Notes under the pieces: generated by a model
What the model saw: only the letters and a program-made list of their open reading frames with translations
Databases searched by the model: none
Told to the model about the DNA's origin: nothing
Assembly: GCA_900545005.1 (NCBI GenBank)
Contig: UQXO01000007.1
Span: 11,126 to 75,125, forward strand
Direction of reading: 5' to 3'
From: an uncultured Mycoplasmatota bacterium
Lineage (GTDB): Bacteria > Bacillota_I > Bacilli_A > RF39 > UBA660
Length of the DNA stretch: 64,000 bases
Translations under genes and position numbers: made by a program
In this document: positions 1 to 7,316 of the stretch, piece after piece
How positions within the stretch are numbered: the first letter of the stretch is position 1
Layout: each line of letters opens with the position of its first letter

Positions 1-177
1 ATGTTAAATATTTTAGGCGCTATATTAGGGTATTTTGTCTACATTGCCTTAGATGCCATTTATAAGCATTTACCAAAAATTTTCCAAAAAGACTTTATTT
101 ATGATGTGATATCTCTTATAATACTAGTTATGTTTATTTTGTATGCCGCTAATATACTAGATTTGAGGTGGTTTTAA
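1..177 (+). CDS. C-terminal fragment of a membrane protein, possibly VanZ-like (5' end outside window)
   Basis: Frame-1 ORF is open from the window edge to TAA at 175..177. The hydrophobic tail carries LNILGAILGYFVY, resembling the LNxxGxxxGY motif near the C-terminus of VanZ-family proteins. Confidence 0.35.
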   Translation: MLNILGAILGYFVYIALDAIYKHLPKIFQKDFIYDVISLIILVMFILYAANILDLRWF

Positions 178-617
178 TGGCAGAAAAAGTAATTGTTGAT
201 AATAATCTTTATCATAATTATGATTATTTAGAGAAGGTTATTAATGAAACTCTAAAAGAAGAGGGGGTCTCTAATGCTGTTTTTTCAATTATCTTTGTAA
301 CCTTAGAAGAAATTCATAAGTTAAATAAAACCTATCGGGGGATTGATCGTCCTACTGATGTTATTTCTTTTGCCCTAGAAGATAGTAATGACTTTGAAGT
401 AGAAGGTATAAGAGTCTTAGGGGACATTTATGTATGTATTGATAAAATGAAAGAGCAGGCCTTAGAATATGGACATAGTGAGACTAGGGAATTATCTTTC
501 TTAGTTTGCCATGGTCTTTTACATTTACTAGGGTATGATCATATGAAAAAAGAAGAAGAACAAATTATGTTTGAAAAACAAGATAAGATATTAGAAAGGT
601 TAGGCATAACACGATGA
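177..617 (+). CDS. ybeY: rRNA maturation endoribonuclease YbeY
   Basis: HGLLHLLGYDH metal-binding motif. GAGGTG RBS lies 6 nt upstream of ATG 177; the track start at 168 is an upstream GTG. ATGA overlap with era, and ybeY-era-recO synteny. Confidence 0.9.
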   Translation: MAEKVIVDNNLYHNYDYLEKVINETLKEEGVSNAVFSIIFVTLEEIHKLNKTYRGIDRPTDVISFALEDSNDFEVEGIRVLGDIYVCIDKMKEQALEYGHSETRELSFLVCHGLLHLLGYDHMKKEEEQIMFEKQDKILERLGITR

Positions 618-1492
618 GAAGTGGTTTTGTAAGTATAATTGGGCGCCCGAATGTTGGTAAATCCACCCTTTTAAATAAATTAGTTAATTATCATGTTGCA
701 ATTACTTCTGATAAAGCGGGAACTACCCGTAATGTAATTGATGGCATCTATACTGATAATGATTCCCAGATTGTTTTTGTGGATACTCCTGGTATTAATA
801 AACCTATTGATAAGTTAGGTAAAGTCTTAAATAAACAGTCTTTAAGTCAACAAAAAGAGGTTGACTCTATTATCTTAGTCGTTGATGCTAAAGGTGGTTT
901 AGGTCGTGGGGATAGAGAAATTATAAATTCTTTAAATAAAGATATTCCCACTATCCTAGTTTTAAATAAAATTGATAAATTAGATAAAGAAGAACTAATC
1001 AAAAGAATAGTAGAGTATCAAGAACTTTTTGACTTTAGTGAGATTATTCCTCTAAGTGCTTTAAGTGGCGAAAACACCGAAGAATTAATTAAGACTGTCA
1101 AAAAATATTTAACTGATAATCTTAAGTACTTTAGTGATGATGCCATCACTAGTAGTTCTACTCGTTTTTTAATTAGTGAGTATGTAAGAGAAAAACTATT
1201 TAATAACTTAGAAGAAGAAATTCCTCATGCTATTACTTGTGTTACCACTAATTATGAAGAGACCGAACACCTTGTCAAAGTTAATGTCGATATCATCGTT
1301 GATAGAGAGTCTTTAAAAAAAATAATTATTGGGTCTAAAGGGGCGATGCTTAAAAATGTTGGTAGTGAGGCTCGTCAAGAAATTGAAGAATTAGTAGGAA
1401 AAAAAGTCTACTTAGAGCTCTATGTTAAATGTATTCCCAACTGGCGTGATAAGGAATTTGTTTTAAAAGATTTAGGATTTTATGATTTTTAA
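614..1492 (+). CDS. era: GTPase Era
   Basis: GRPNVGKST P-loop, DTPG and NKID G-motifs, plus a C-terminal KH-like region. Translationally coupled to ybeY. Confidence 0.95.
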   Translation: MRSGFVSIIGRPNVGKSTLLNKLVNYHVAITSDKAGTTRNVIDGIYTDNDSQIVFVDTPGINKPIDKLGKVLNKQSLSQQKEVDSIILVVDAKGGLGRGDREIINSLNKDIPTILVLNKIDKLDKEELIKRIVEYQELFDFSEIIPLSALSGENTEELIKTVKKYLTDNLKYFSDDAITSSSTRFLISEYVREKLFNNLEEEIPHAITCVTTNYEETEHLVKVNVDIIVDRESLKKIIIGSKGAMLKNVGSEARQEIEELVGKKVYLELYVKCIPNWRDKEFVLKDLGFYDF

Positions 1493-1541
1493 TGAATAAA
1501 AATTTATTTTTAGCATCATTATAATAATAGGTGATAAAAAT

Positions 1542-1622
1542 ATGAATAAAGAAGATTATTGGCAGTTATTTAAGGAAACGGGAAAAATTGAATATTATTT
1601 AAAGTATAAAAAATGTAAGTAA
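1542..1622 (+). CDS. yqzL: YqzL-like small protein (26 aa)
   Basis: ORF MNKEDYWQLFKETGKIEYYLKYKKCK is below the track cutoff. It lies between era and recO exactly as yqzL does in Bacillus, and shares the W..F..TG.I..YL pattern. Confidence 0.5.
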   Translation: MNKEDYWQLFKETGKIEYYLKYKKCK

Positions 1623-1623
1623 A

Positions 1624-2355
1624 ATGAAAAATAGTGTTATAAGTGGCGTTATTCTTTATGTAACGCCTTTTAAAGAAAATAGTGAAGTATTACAAGTCTT
1701 AACCCAAGAACAAGGCCTTATTGGTCTTCTTTGTCGTGGTTCCAAAAATATTAAAAGTAAATTCTTAAATAAAACTAGACTCTATAATTATGCTACCTTT
1801 CAAATTAAGTTAAAGTCCGAAGGCTTATCCATAGTAACCGAGATTAATGTTAAGGATTATTATACCACTCTCCATAGTAACATCACCTTAATTAGTTATC
1901 TTTCTTACTTAGGAAGTCTTACCTATCAGGTTGCTAAACAAGATGAAAGTAAAAGTATCTTAAATATTTTTTTAAGTACCTTAGATAAGTTAGAGAAGGG
2001 ATTAGATCCCTTAGTCCTATGTAATATTTTAGAGCTTAAATACTTGAGTTATCTAGGTATTAATCTTTCTTTAGATACTTGTGTTAAGTGTGGTAAAAAG
2101 AATAATATTATCACGTTAAATGGTGAGTCTGGAGGACTTATCTGTGAAAAGTGTTATCAAAATGAATATATTGTTTCTAAGAAGAGTATCATCTTAATTA
2201 GAAACTATATGAAAATAGATATTAATAGTCTAAAAGAAATAAGAGTAAGTGAAGTAACGAAAAGAGAAATTAATCTTTTTATTACTAATTATTATCAAAA
2301 TTATACGGGTCTATATTTAAAATCAAAAAATAATTTGAATAAACTTATCATGTGA
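1624..2355 (+). CDS. recO: DNA repair protein RecO
   Basis: 243 aa with the zinc motif CVKCGKK...CEKCY. Conserved position after era. Confidence 0.9.
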   Translation: MKNSVISGVILYVTPFKENSEVLQVLTQEQGLIGLLCRGSKNIKSKFLNKTRLYNYATFQIKLKSEGLSIVTEINVKDYYTTLHSNITLISYLSYLGSLTYQVAKQDESKSILNIFLSTLDKLEKGLDPLVLCNILELKYLSYLGINLSLDTCVKCGKKNNIITLNGESGGLICEKCYQNEYIVSKKSIILIRNYMKIDINSLKEIRVSEVTKREINLFITNYYQNYTGLYLKSKNNLNKLIM

Positions 2356-2357
2356 GC

Positions 2358-2386
2358 TTGCAAAATCTAGGTAGTTTTATTATACT
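2358..2386 (+). promoter_or_regulatory. sigma-A type promoter (TTGCAA-17-TATACT)
   Basis: Hexamers at 2358..2363 and 2381..2386 with 17-nt spacing, directly upstream of ORF 2389. Confidence 0.4.
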
Positions 2387-2388
2387 AA

Positions 2389-3099
2389 TTGATGTTAAGG
2401 GTTATGGTGGTTATTTTGAATATTGATATTATAAGGGCACTTACGGGAGATTATCATGATATTGTGATTAGTAAAGATAATATTAAGTGTTATGGATATC
2501 GAATTGTTAAGTCTCTTGAAAATGGCTTTCTAGATATCGGAGATATTTCTAAGGATAAGTTAATTTATACTGTAATAGAAGACTTTTTAAGAAAAGACAT
2601 TCTAGTCTTTGCTCCTGATGTTTCTAAAGATATGAAAGATATTATTTCTAGAAAAGATGGTAAAACTTTAAGAATTGATAGAAGTCTATTAAGTAGTGTT
2701 AATAATGATTTATTAAATCTTTTAAATACGAGAATTAGAAAGAGTATAAGTAATATTCTTTATGAAGATAAAGGGTATTTAGAAATAAATATTAATAAAG
2801 ATGAGTTAAAAATTATTGATAAGAAAAGTGGTAATGTTTGTTTTAGGACTTGTCATTTAGATATTTTAGATTTAGAATTTATTTATGATTTATTATTACA
2901 AGAAGTAAGAACTGCTGATGGTATTAAAGTATATCAAAATAGTTTAGAAAGATTAAGAGTTGATATTGATTTTTTAAATACGAAAGTTATAGTAACAGGT
3001 AATAGTAAATATATGCAAATGTTGATTGCTAAAAGTATTAAATTACGTGAAGAAATTAAAACCGCTAAGCATCTACAATTGAAAATGGAAGGATTTTAA
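2389..3099 (+). CDS. hypothetical protein (236 aa), no recognisable motif
   Basis: A 711-nt ORF without stops in AT-rich DNA is unlikely to be random. It sits between recO and glyQS. The start codon is uncertain: TTG 2389, ATG 2392 or ATG 2404. Confidence 0.5.
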   Translation: MMLRVMVVILNIDIIRALTGDYHDIVISKDNIKCYGYRIVKSLENGFLDIGDISKDKLIYTVIEDFLRKDILVFAPDVSKDMKDIISRKDGKTLRIDRSLLSSVNNDLLNLLNTRIRKSISNILYEDKGYLEININKDELKIIDKKSGNVCFRTCHLDILDLEFIYDLLLQEVRTADGIKVYQNSLERLRVDIDFLNTKVIVTGNSKYMQMLIAKSIKLREEIKTAKHLQLKMEGF

Positions 3100-3102
3100 G
3101 AT

Positions 3103-4488
3103 ATGAAAAATAGTATGGAAGATATAGTTAATTTTTGTAAACAATATGGATTTATATTTCCCGGAAGTGAGATTTATGGAGGCCTTGCAAATACTTGGGA
3201 TTTTGGTCCTTTAGGTAAAGAATTAAAAGAGAATATTAAGAAACTTTGGTGGAAGAAGTTTATTGTTGAGAATAAGTATAATTATGGGATTGATGCCGCC
3301 ATTCTGATGAATCCTAATGTCTGGGTAGCATCAGGACACGTTGCTTCATTTGCCGACCCCCTAATTGATTGTCGTAAATGTAAGACTAGAAGTCGGGCAG
3401 ATAAATTAATTGAAGAATATTTTGCTAAAGAGGGTATCTCTGGGAGTGCTGATGGTTGGAGTAACGAAGAGTTAATGAGTTACATTAAAGAACATCATAT
3501 CACTTGTCCAAAGTGTGGTTCTTGTGATTTTACTGATATCCGTCAATTTAACTTGTTATTTGAAACTAGTCAAGGAGTAACTGAGGATACTAAGAATAAG
3601 ATTTACTTAAGAGGAGAGACAGCTCAAGGAATTTTTGTTAATTTCTTAAATGTTCAAAGAACAATGCGTGCTAAAGTACCATTTGGTATTGGCCAGATTG
3701 GAAAGAGCTTCCGAAATGAAATTACTCCCGGAAACTTTATCTTTAGAGTAAGAGAATTTGAACAAATGGAATTAGAATTCTTCTGTAAACCGGATACGGA
3801 TTTAGAGTGGTTTGGGTTCTACAAGTCTTATTGTAATACTTTCTTAAAAGACTTAGGAATTAAACCTGAGAACTTAAGAAATAGAGACCATGAGAAACAA
3901 GAATTATCCTTTTATTCGAAAGCTACTACGGATATTGAATATCATTATCCCTTCGGATGGGGTGAGTTATGGGGAATAGCCGATCGTACTGATTATGATT
4001 TATCTACCCATATGGAACACTCTAAGAAAGATTTAAGATATATTGATCCGGAGACTAATGAAAGATATTTACCATACGTTATTGAACCAAGTGTGGGGGT
4101 AGAAAGATTATTCTTAGCTATTATTTGTGATGCGTATGAAAAAGAAATTTTAGAAGATGGTTCTGAAAGAGAAGTATTGCATTTAATTCCTGCTTTAGCA
4201 CCTTTTAAAGCCACTATCTTACCATTAGTTAAGAAACTACATAGTGAAAAAGCTAATGAAATCTATGCTGATTTAATTAAAGATTTCTATGTATCATATG
4301 ATGAAGCGGGTAGTATTGGAAAAAGATATCGAAGAAGTGATGCTACCGGAGTACCTTTTTGTATTACTGTAGATGATGAAACTATTAATGATGGCTTAGT
4401 AACTGTTCGTAATCGAGATACTATGGCACAAGAGAAAGTTAAAGTAAGTGAACTTAAAGCTTACTTAACTAGTGCGATTAAGTTCTAA
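3103..4488 (+). CDS. glyQS: glycine--tRNA ligase (homodimeric class II GlyQS)
   Basis: 461 aa with FRNEITPGNFIFRVREFEQMELEFF and GVERL class II motifs and a C-terminal anticodon-binding domain. Confidence 0.95.
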   Translation: MKNSMEDIVNFCKQYGFIFPGSEIYGGLANTWDFGPLGKELKENIKKLWWKKFIVENKYNYGIDAAILMNPNVWVASGHVASFADPLIDCRKCKTRSRADKLIEEYFAKEGISGSADGWSNEELMSYIKEHHITCPKCGSCDFTDIRQFNLLFETSQGVTEDTKNKIYLRGETAQGIFVNFLNVQRTMRAKVPFGIGQIGKSFRNEITPGNFIFRVREFEQMELEFFCKPDTDLEWFGFYKSYCNTFLKDLGIKPENLRNRDHEKQELSFYSKATTDIEYHYPFGWGELWGIADRTDYDLSTHMEHSKKDLRYIDPETNERYLPYVIEPSVGVERLFLAIICDAYEKEILEDGSEREVLHLIPALAPFKATILPLVKKLHSEKANEIYADLIKDFYVSYDEAGSIGKRYRRSDATGVPFCITVDDETINDGLVTVRNRDTMAQEKVKVSELKAYLTSAIKF

Positions 4489-4563
4489 AAAAATTATCCA
4501 ATTTGTGGTTGCTAAATCGAAGACAATTTGATATTATAAATAAGCACGAGAAGTCATAAATGA

Positions 4564-4592
4564 TTGCAAAAAGTGCTTATTTTATGTATAAT
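4564..4592 (+). promoter_or_regulatory. sigma-A type promoter (TTGCAA-17-TATAAT) for sepF
   Basis: Hexamers at 4564..4569 and 4587..4592, 32 nt upstream of the sepF ATG. Confidence 0.5.
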
Positions 4593-4623
4593 TGTTGTTA
4601 GATAAAGTAAGGAGATTGTAATT

Positions 4624-5031
4624 ATGGCTTTAAATTTAAAGAAAATGATGGGGTTAGATGGTGATGATAGTTCTCTTCAAACTGAAGATGAATTTTATAC
4701 AACAACGGAAGAAGATACTAAAGATAACAAAAATGGTGGCGGTTCTAAGATGATTCTTTTGGAGCCAAGAGCGTATTCAGAATCACAACAAATTGCTGAC
4801 CATTTAAAGAAAAGAAATAGTGTTGTTGTTAACTTAAAAAGAGTTACTTCTGACCAAGCAAAGAGGATAATTGACTTTTTAAGTGGCTGTATTTATGCTA
4901 TTGGTGGCACAATGCAAAAAGTTGGTGTAGGTATTTATTTATGTGCACCTAAAAATGTAAACGTTCAAGGAAAAATCACTGAAGATTCATCATCCCTTGA
5001 TGAAGAGGAGAATGAAGAAGTGAAGTGGTAA
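4624..5031 (+). CDS. sepF: cell division protein SepF
   Basis: Core [32 protein letters not shown]...[17 protein letters not shown] is typical of SepF. Followed by a DivIVA-domain gene. Confidence 0.85.
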   Translation: MALNLKKMMGLDGDDSSLQTEDEFYTTTEEDTKDNKNGGGSKMILLEPRAYSESQQIADHLKKRNSVVVNLKRVTSDQAKRIIDFLSGCIYAIGGTMQKVGVGIYLCAPKNVNVQGKITEDSSSLDEEENEEVKW

Positions 5032-5056
5032 TTAATAAAAATTGAGGTGGGGGATT

Positions 5057-5488
5057 ATGCCTAAAACATTTGGGATGTCTTTTTATGGCTATAATAAAAA
5101 CGAAGTAAATGATTTTTTAAATAATGTAACCAAAGAATATGAGGATATGTTAAATAAACTAAAAAAAACAGCTGATGAAAAAGCTAAATTAGAAAGTGAA
5201 TTAGAACAATATAAAAGTATTGAAACTTCTTTAAGAAGAACACTGGCTTTAGCCGAAGAATCTAACCAAACGATTAGGAAATCTGCTAACGATGAATCGA
5301 TAGCAATTTTAGAAGATGCTAAGAAAAACGCCTCAAGAATTATTAATGATGCTTTAATAAGAGCTCAAAAAATCCAAGATGATGCTGATAAAATAAAATT
5401 AGATACTATTAAGTATCGTAATAAAGCAATTAATATCTTAAAAGAACAAAAAGAAATCTTAGATAAATATGAAGACATAGAGTACTAG
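5057..5488 (+). CDS. divIVA: DivIVA-domain cell division protein
   Basis: N-terminal F..SFYGYNKNEVNDFL DivIVA motif followed by coiled coil. GAGGTGGGGG RBS precedes ATG 5057; the track start at 5042 is an upstream TTG. Confidence 0.85.
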   Translation: MPKTFGMSFYGYNKNEVNDFLNNVTKEYEDMLNKLKKTADEKAKLESELEQYKSIETSLRRTLALAEESNQTIRKSANDESIAILEDAKKNASRIINDALIRAQKIQDDADKIKLDTIKYRNKAINILKEQKEILDKYEDIEY

Positions 5489-5508
5489 AAATAGTGCTCT
5501 TCTTTTTG
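5479..5508 (+). terminator. rho-independent terminator after divIVA
   Basis: 8-bp stem AGAGTACT/AGTGCTCT (one G-U pair), 6-nt loop, then TCTTTTT. Confidence 0.6.
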
Positions 5509-5553
5509 TATAAATTTTAAAAATCAGGGAAAAATAATCTATTTCCCATCTTT

Positions 5554-5578
5554 TTCATAGAGTTAAAAACTCTATGAA
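5554..5578. repeat. 25-bp near-palindrome, left copy (TTCATAGAGTT-AAA-AACTCTATGAA)
   Basis: Exact reverse complement of 5819..5843. 11-bp arms surround an asymmetric AAA core. Confidence 0.9.
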
Positions 5579-5674
5579 TACGCATTTACGGCACCTATTT
5601 TTAACTTATAAACTAATTTTAACACAAAACATAGCCTTTTAAAACCATATTTTTTAAGAAACATAATGTTTTTG

Positions 5675-5696
5675 TAGTCAAAATTCTAGTCAAAAG
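5675..5696. repeat. tandem TAGTCAAAA(TT) direct repeat, set 1 (12-nt period)
   Basis: TAGTCAAAATT at 5675 and TAGTCAAAAG at 5687. The complement reads TTGACTA. Confidence 0.85.
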
Positions 5697-5766
5697 AAAT
5701 GTTCTCAAATTCGGGTGAATACTGGCTTTGTAAGGGGTTGCTATAGTAAAAAGTAAAAATCTATTC

Positions 5767-5789
5767 TAGTCAAAATTATGGTCAAAATG
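5767..5789. repeat. tandem TAGTCAAAATT/TGGTCAAAATG direct repeat, set 2 (12-nt period)
   Basis: Copies at 5767 and 5779, 92 nt downstream of set 1. Both sets share the TTCTAGTCAAAA core. Confidence 0.85.
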
Positions 5790-5818
5790 GCATTTAAGCC
5801 CAGTATTTACCGTACCTT

Positions 5819-5843
5819 TTCATAGAGTTTTTAACTCTATGAA
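5819..5843. repeat. 25-bp near-palindrome, right copy (TTCATAGAGTT-TTT-AACTCTATGAA)
   Basis: Exact reverse complement of 5554..5578. Lies 92 nt upstream of the 5935 start codon. Confidence 0.9.
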
Positions 5844-5934
5844 TCCAAAAATTCAATCATATTTTTAAAATAAGTATAAATTTAGTTATTATTTTCATAA
5901 ATTTGAGAATAATTAAGAAGTAAGGATTTTTATT

Positions 5935-7305
5935 ATGAAGAAAAATATATTTTTTATAGGCGTATCCATATGTCTATTAGTTTTACTAGGAGTAGGACTT
6001 TCTTATTCTATGTGGAATATGAATATTAGTCAAGATACTAATAATGTGATTGCAACCACTAGTGAATGCTTTGATGTTGCTATAACTAGTCAAGAAAATG
6101 CAATAAAGTTAGAAAATGCTTATCCCATAAGTGATACCAAGGGAAAAAGCTTAACTCCATTTACTTTTACTGTTAAGAATACCTGTGATATGTTTGCTTC
6201 TTACAGCGTTAGTTTAGAAAGCTTAAAAGAAAGTACTTTGCCTAGTGAGTTTCTAAAAGTTATGGTAAATGATAATGAACCAAAATTATTAAATTCTTTA
6301 GACAGTACCGATACGGTAAATTCAGGAAGTATTGAATCTAGAGTATTAGCTAAAGGTTCCTTATCTAAAGATAGTTCCAAAGATTATTCAGTTAGATTGT
6401 GGATTGATTATGATACTACATTAGAAGATTTAGATAATGAGATTAAAATCTTAAAATCTAAAATAATTATTAAAGCAATACCACAAGGATATGCTGGTGA
6501 AACCATATTTAACTTCAATTATACTGGTGCTGAACAAATTTTTACTGTTCCTGTTTCAGGCACTTATAAACTAGAGACGTGGGGCGCCTCTGGAGTTATT
6601 AGCCATTGGGGAGGTCAAAGTGGTTATGGCGGCTACTCAACAGGATTAATTCATTTAAACAAATCAGATTTAGTCTTTTTAAATATTGGCGGTTCGGGAA
6701 GTAATAGGGGATATAACGGTGGTGATAGCAGTGAATGCGATAATTTATCAAGTGGTGGAGGTGCCACCCATATTGCCACTAAATCAGGCCTTCTTTCATC
6801 TTTAGAAAATTATATATCAGATATTTTAATTGTATCCGGAGGCGGCGGCGGAGCCGAAAGACAAGCAGCTGGATCTGGTGGTGGAATTACAGGAAATAAT
6901 GGTTTTTCAATCACCAATGATGGCAATCTTTTTGGAACTGGTGGCTCTCAAATAGCCGGAGGAACGGGCTCCATTCATGCTGATAATCCAGCTAAATTTG
7001 ATGTTAAAGGCAGTTTTGGCCAAGGTGGTTGCGGTAGAAGTACTTTAGATTCGGGCCCCAATGGCGGTGGCGGTTTTTATGGAGGAGGTGCTACAACCCT
7101 TCTTGGCGGAGCCGGAGGTGGTTCTGGATATATCGGTAATTCCCTATTAACTGATAAGACTATGTATTGTTATAATTGTCAAGAATCATCTGAAGAAAGT
7201 ACTAAAACTATTTCAACAACTTGTAACGAAGAAACTCCAACTGAAAATTGTGCAAAAAAGGGAAATGGTTACGCTAGAATAACTTTAATAAGTATAGATG
7301 AATAG
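5935..7305 (+). CDS. secreted/anchored protein: TasA-style signal anchor + family N-module + C-terminal glycine-rich domain (ALK/LTK GRD-like, PF12810 type)
   Basis: N-terminus is MKKNIFFIGVSICLLVLLGVGLSYSMW. The N-module aligns with ORFs 7317, 26013 and 42019. The C-terminus shows FNYTGAEQIFTVPVSGTYKLETWGASG...GGGATHIA...VSGGGGGAE...GGGGFYGGG, typical of bacterial glycine-rich domain proteins. Confidence 0.75.
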   Translation: MKKNIFFIGVSICLLVLLGVGLSYSMWNMNISQDTNNVIATTSECFDVAITSQENAIKLENAYPISDTKGKSLTPFTFTVKNTCDMFASYSVSLESLKESTLPSEFLKVMVNDNEPKLLNSLDSTDTVNSGSIESRVLAKGSLSKDSSKDYSVRLWIDYDTTLEDLDNEIKILKSKIIIKAIPQGYAGETIFNFNYTGAEQIFTVPVSGTYKLETWGASGVISHWGGQSGYGGYSTGLIHLNKSDLVFLNIGGSGSNRGYNGGDSSECDNLSSGGGATHIATKSGLLSSLENYISDILIVSGGGGGAERQAAGSGGGITGNNGFSITNDGNLFGTGGSQIAGGTGSIHADNPAKFDVKGSFGQGGCGRSTLDSGPNGGGGFYGGGATTLLGGAGGGSGYIGNSLLTDKTMYCYNCQESSEESTKTISTTCNEETPTENCAKKGNGYARITLISIDE

Positions 7306-7316
7306 GAGAAAATAAA

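Noticed and set aside
2356-3102. Expected T-box leader upstream of glyQS, as in Bacillus.
   Set aside because: The 750-nt gap is filled by a 236-codon ORF with its own promoter. I could not find the conserved T-box sequence (AGGGTGGTACCGCG-like) or a terminator/antiterminator pair before the glyQS start.
3993-4214. 73-aa antisense ORF inside glyQS. The same applies to 8801..9040 inside the 7317 gene, and to 13237..13482 and 13606..13890 inside ppdK.
   Set aside because: All lie fully within well-supported genes on the opposite strand. None has an RBS or a recognisable motif. They are typical shadow ORFs.
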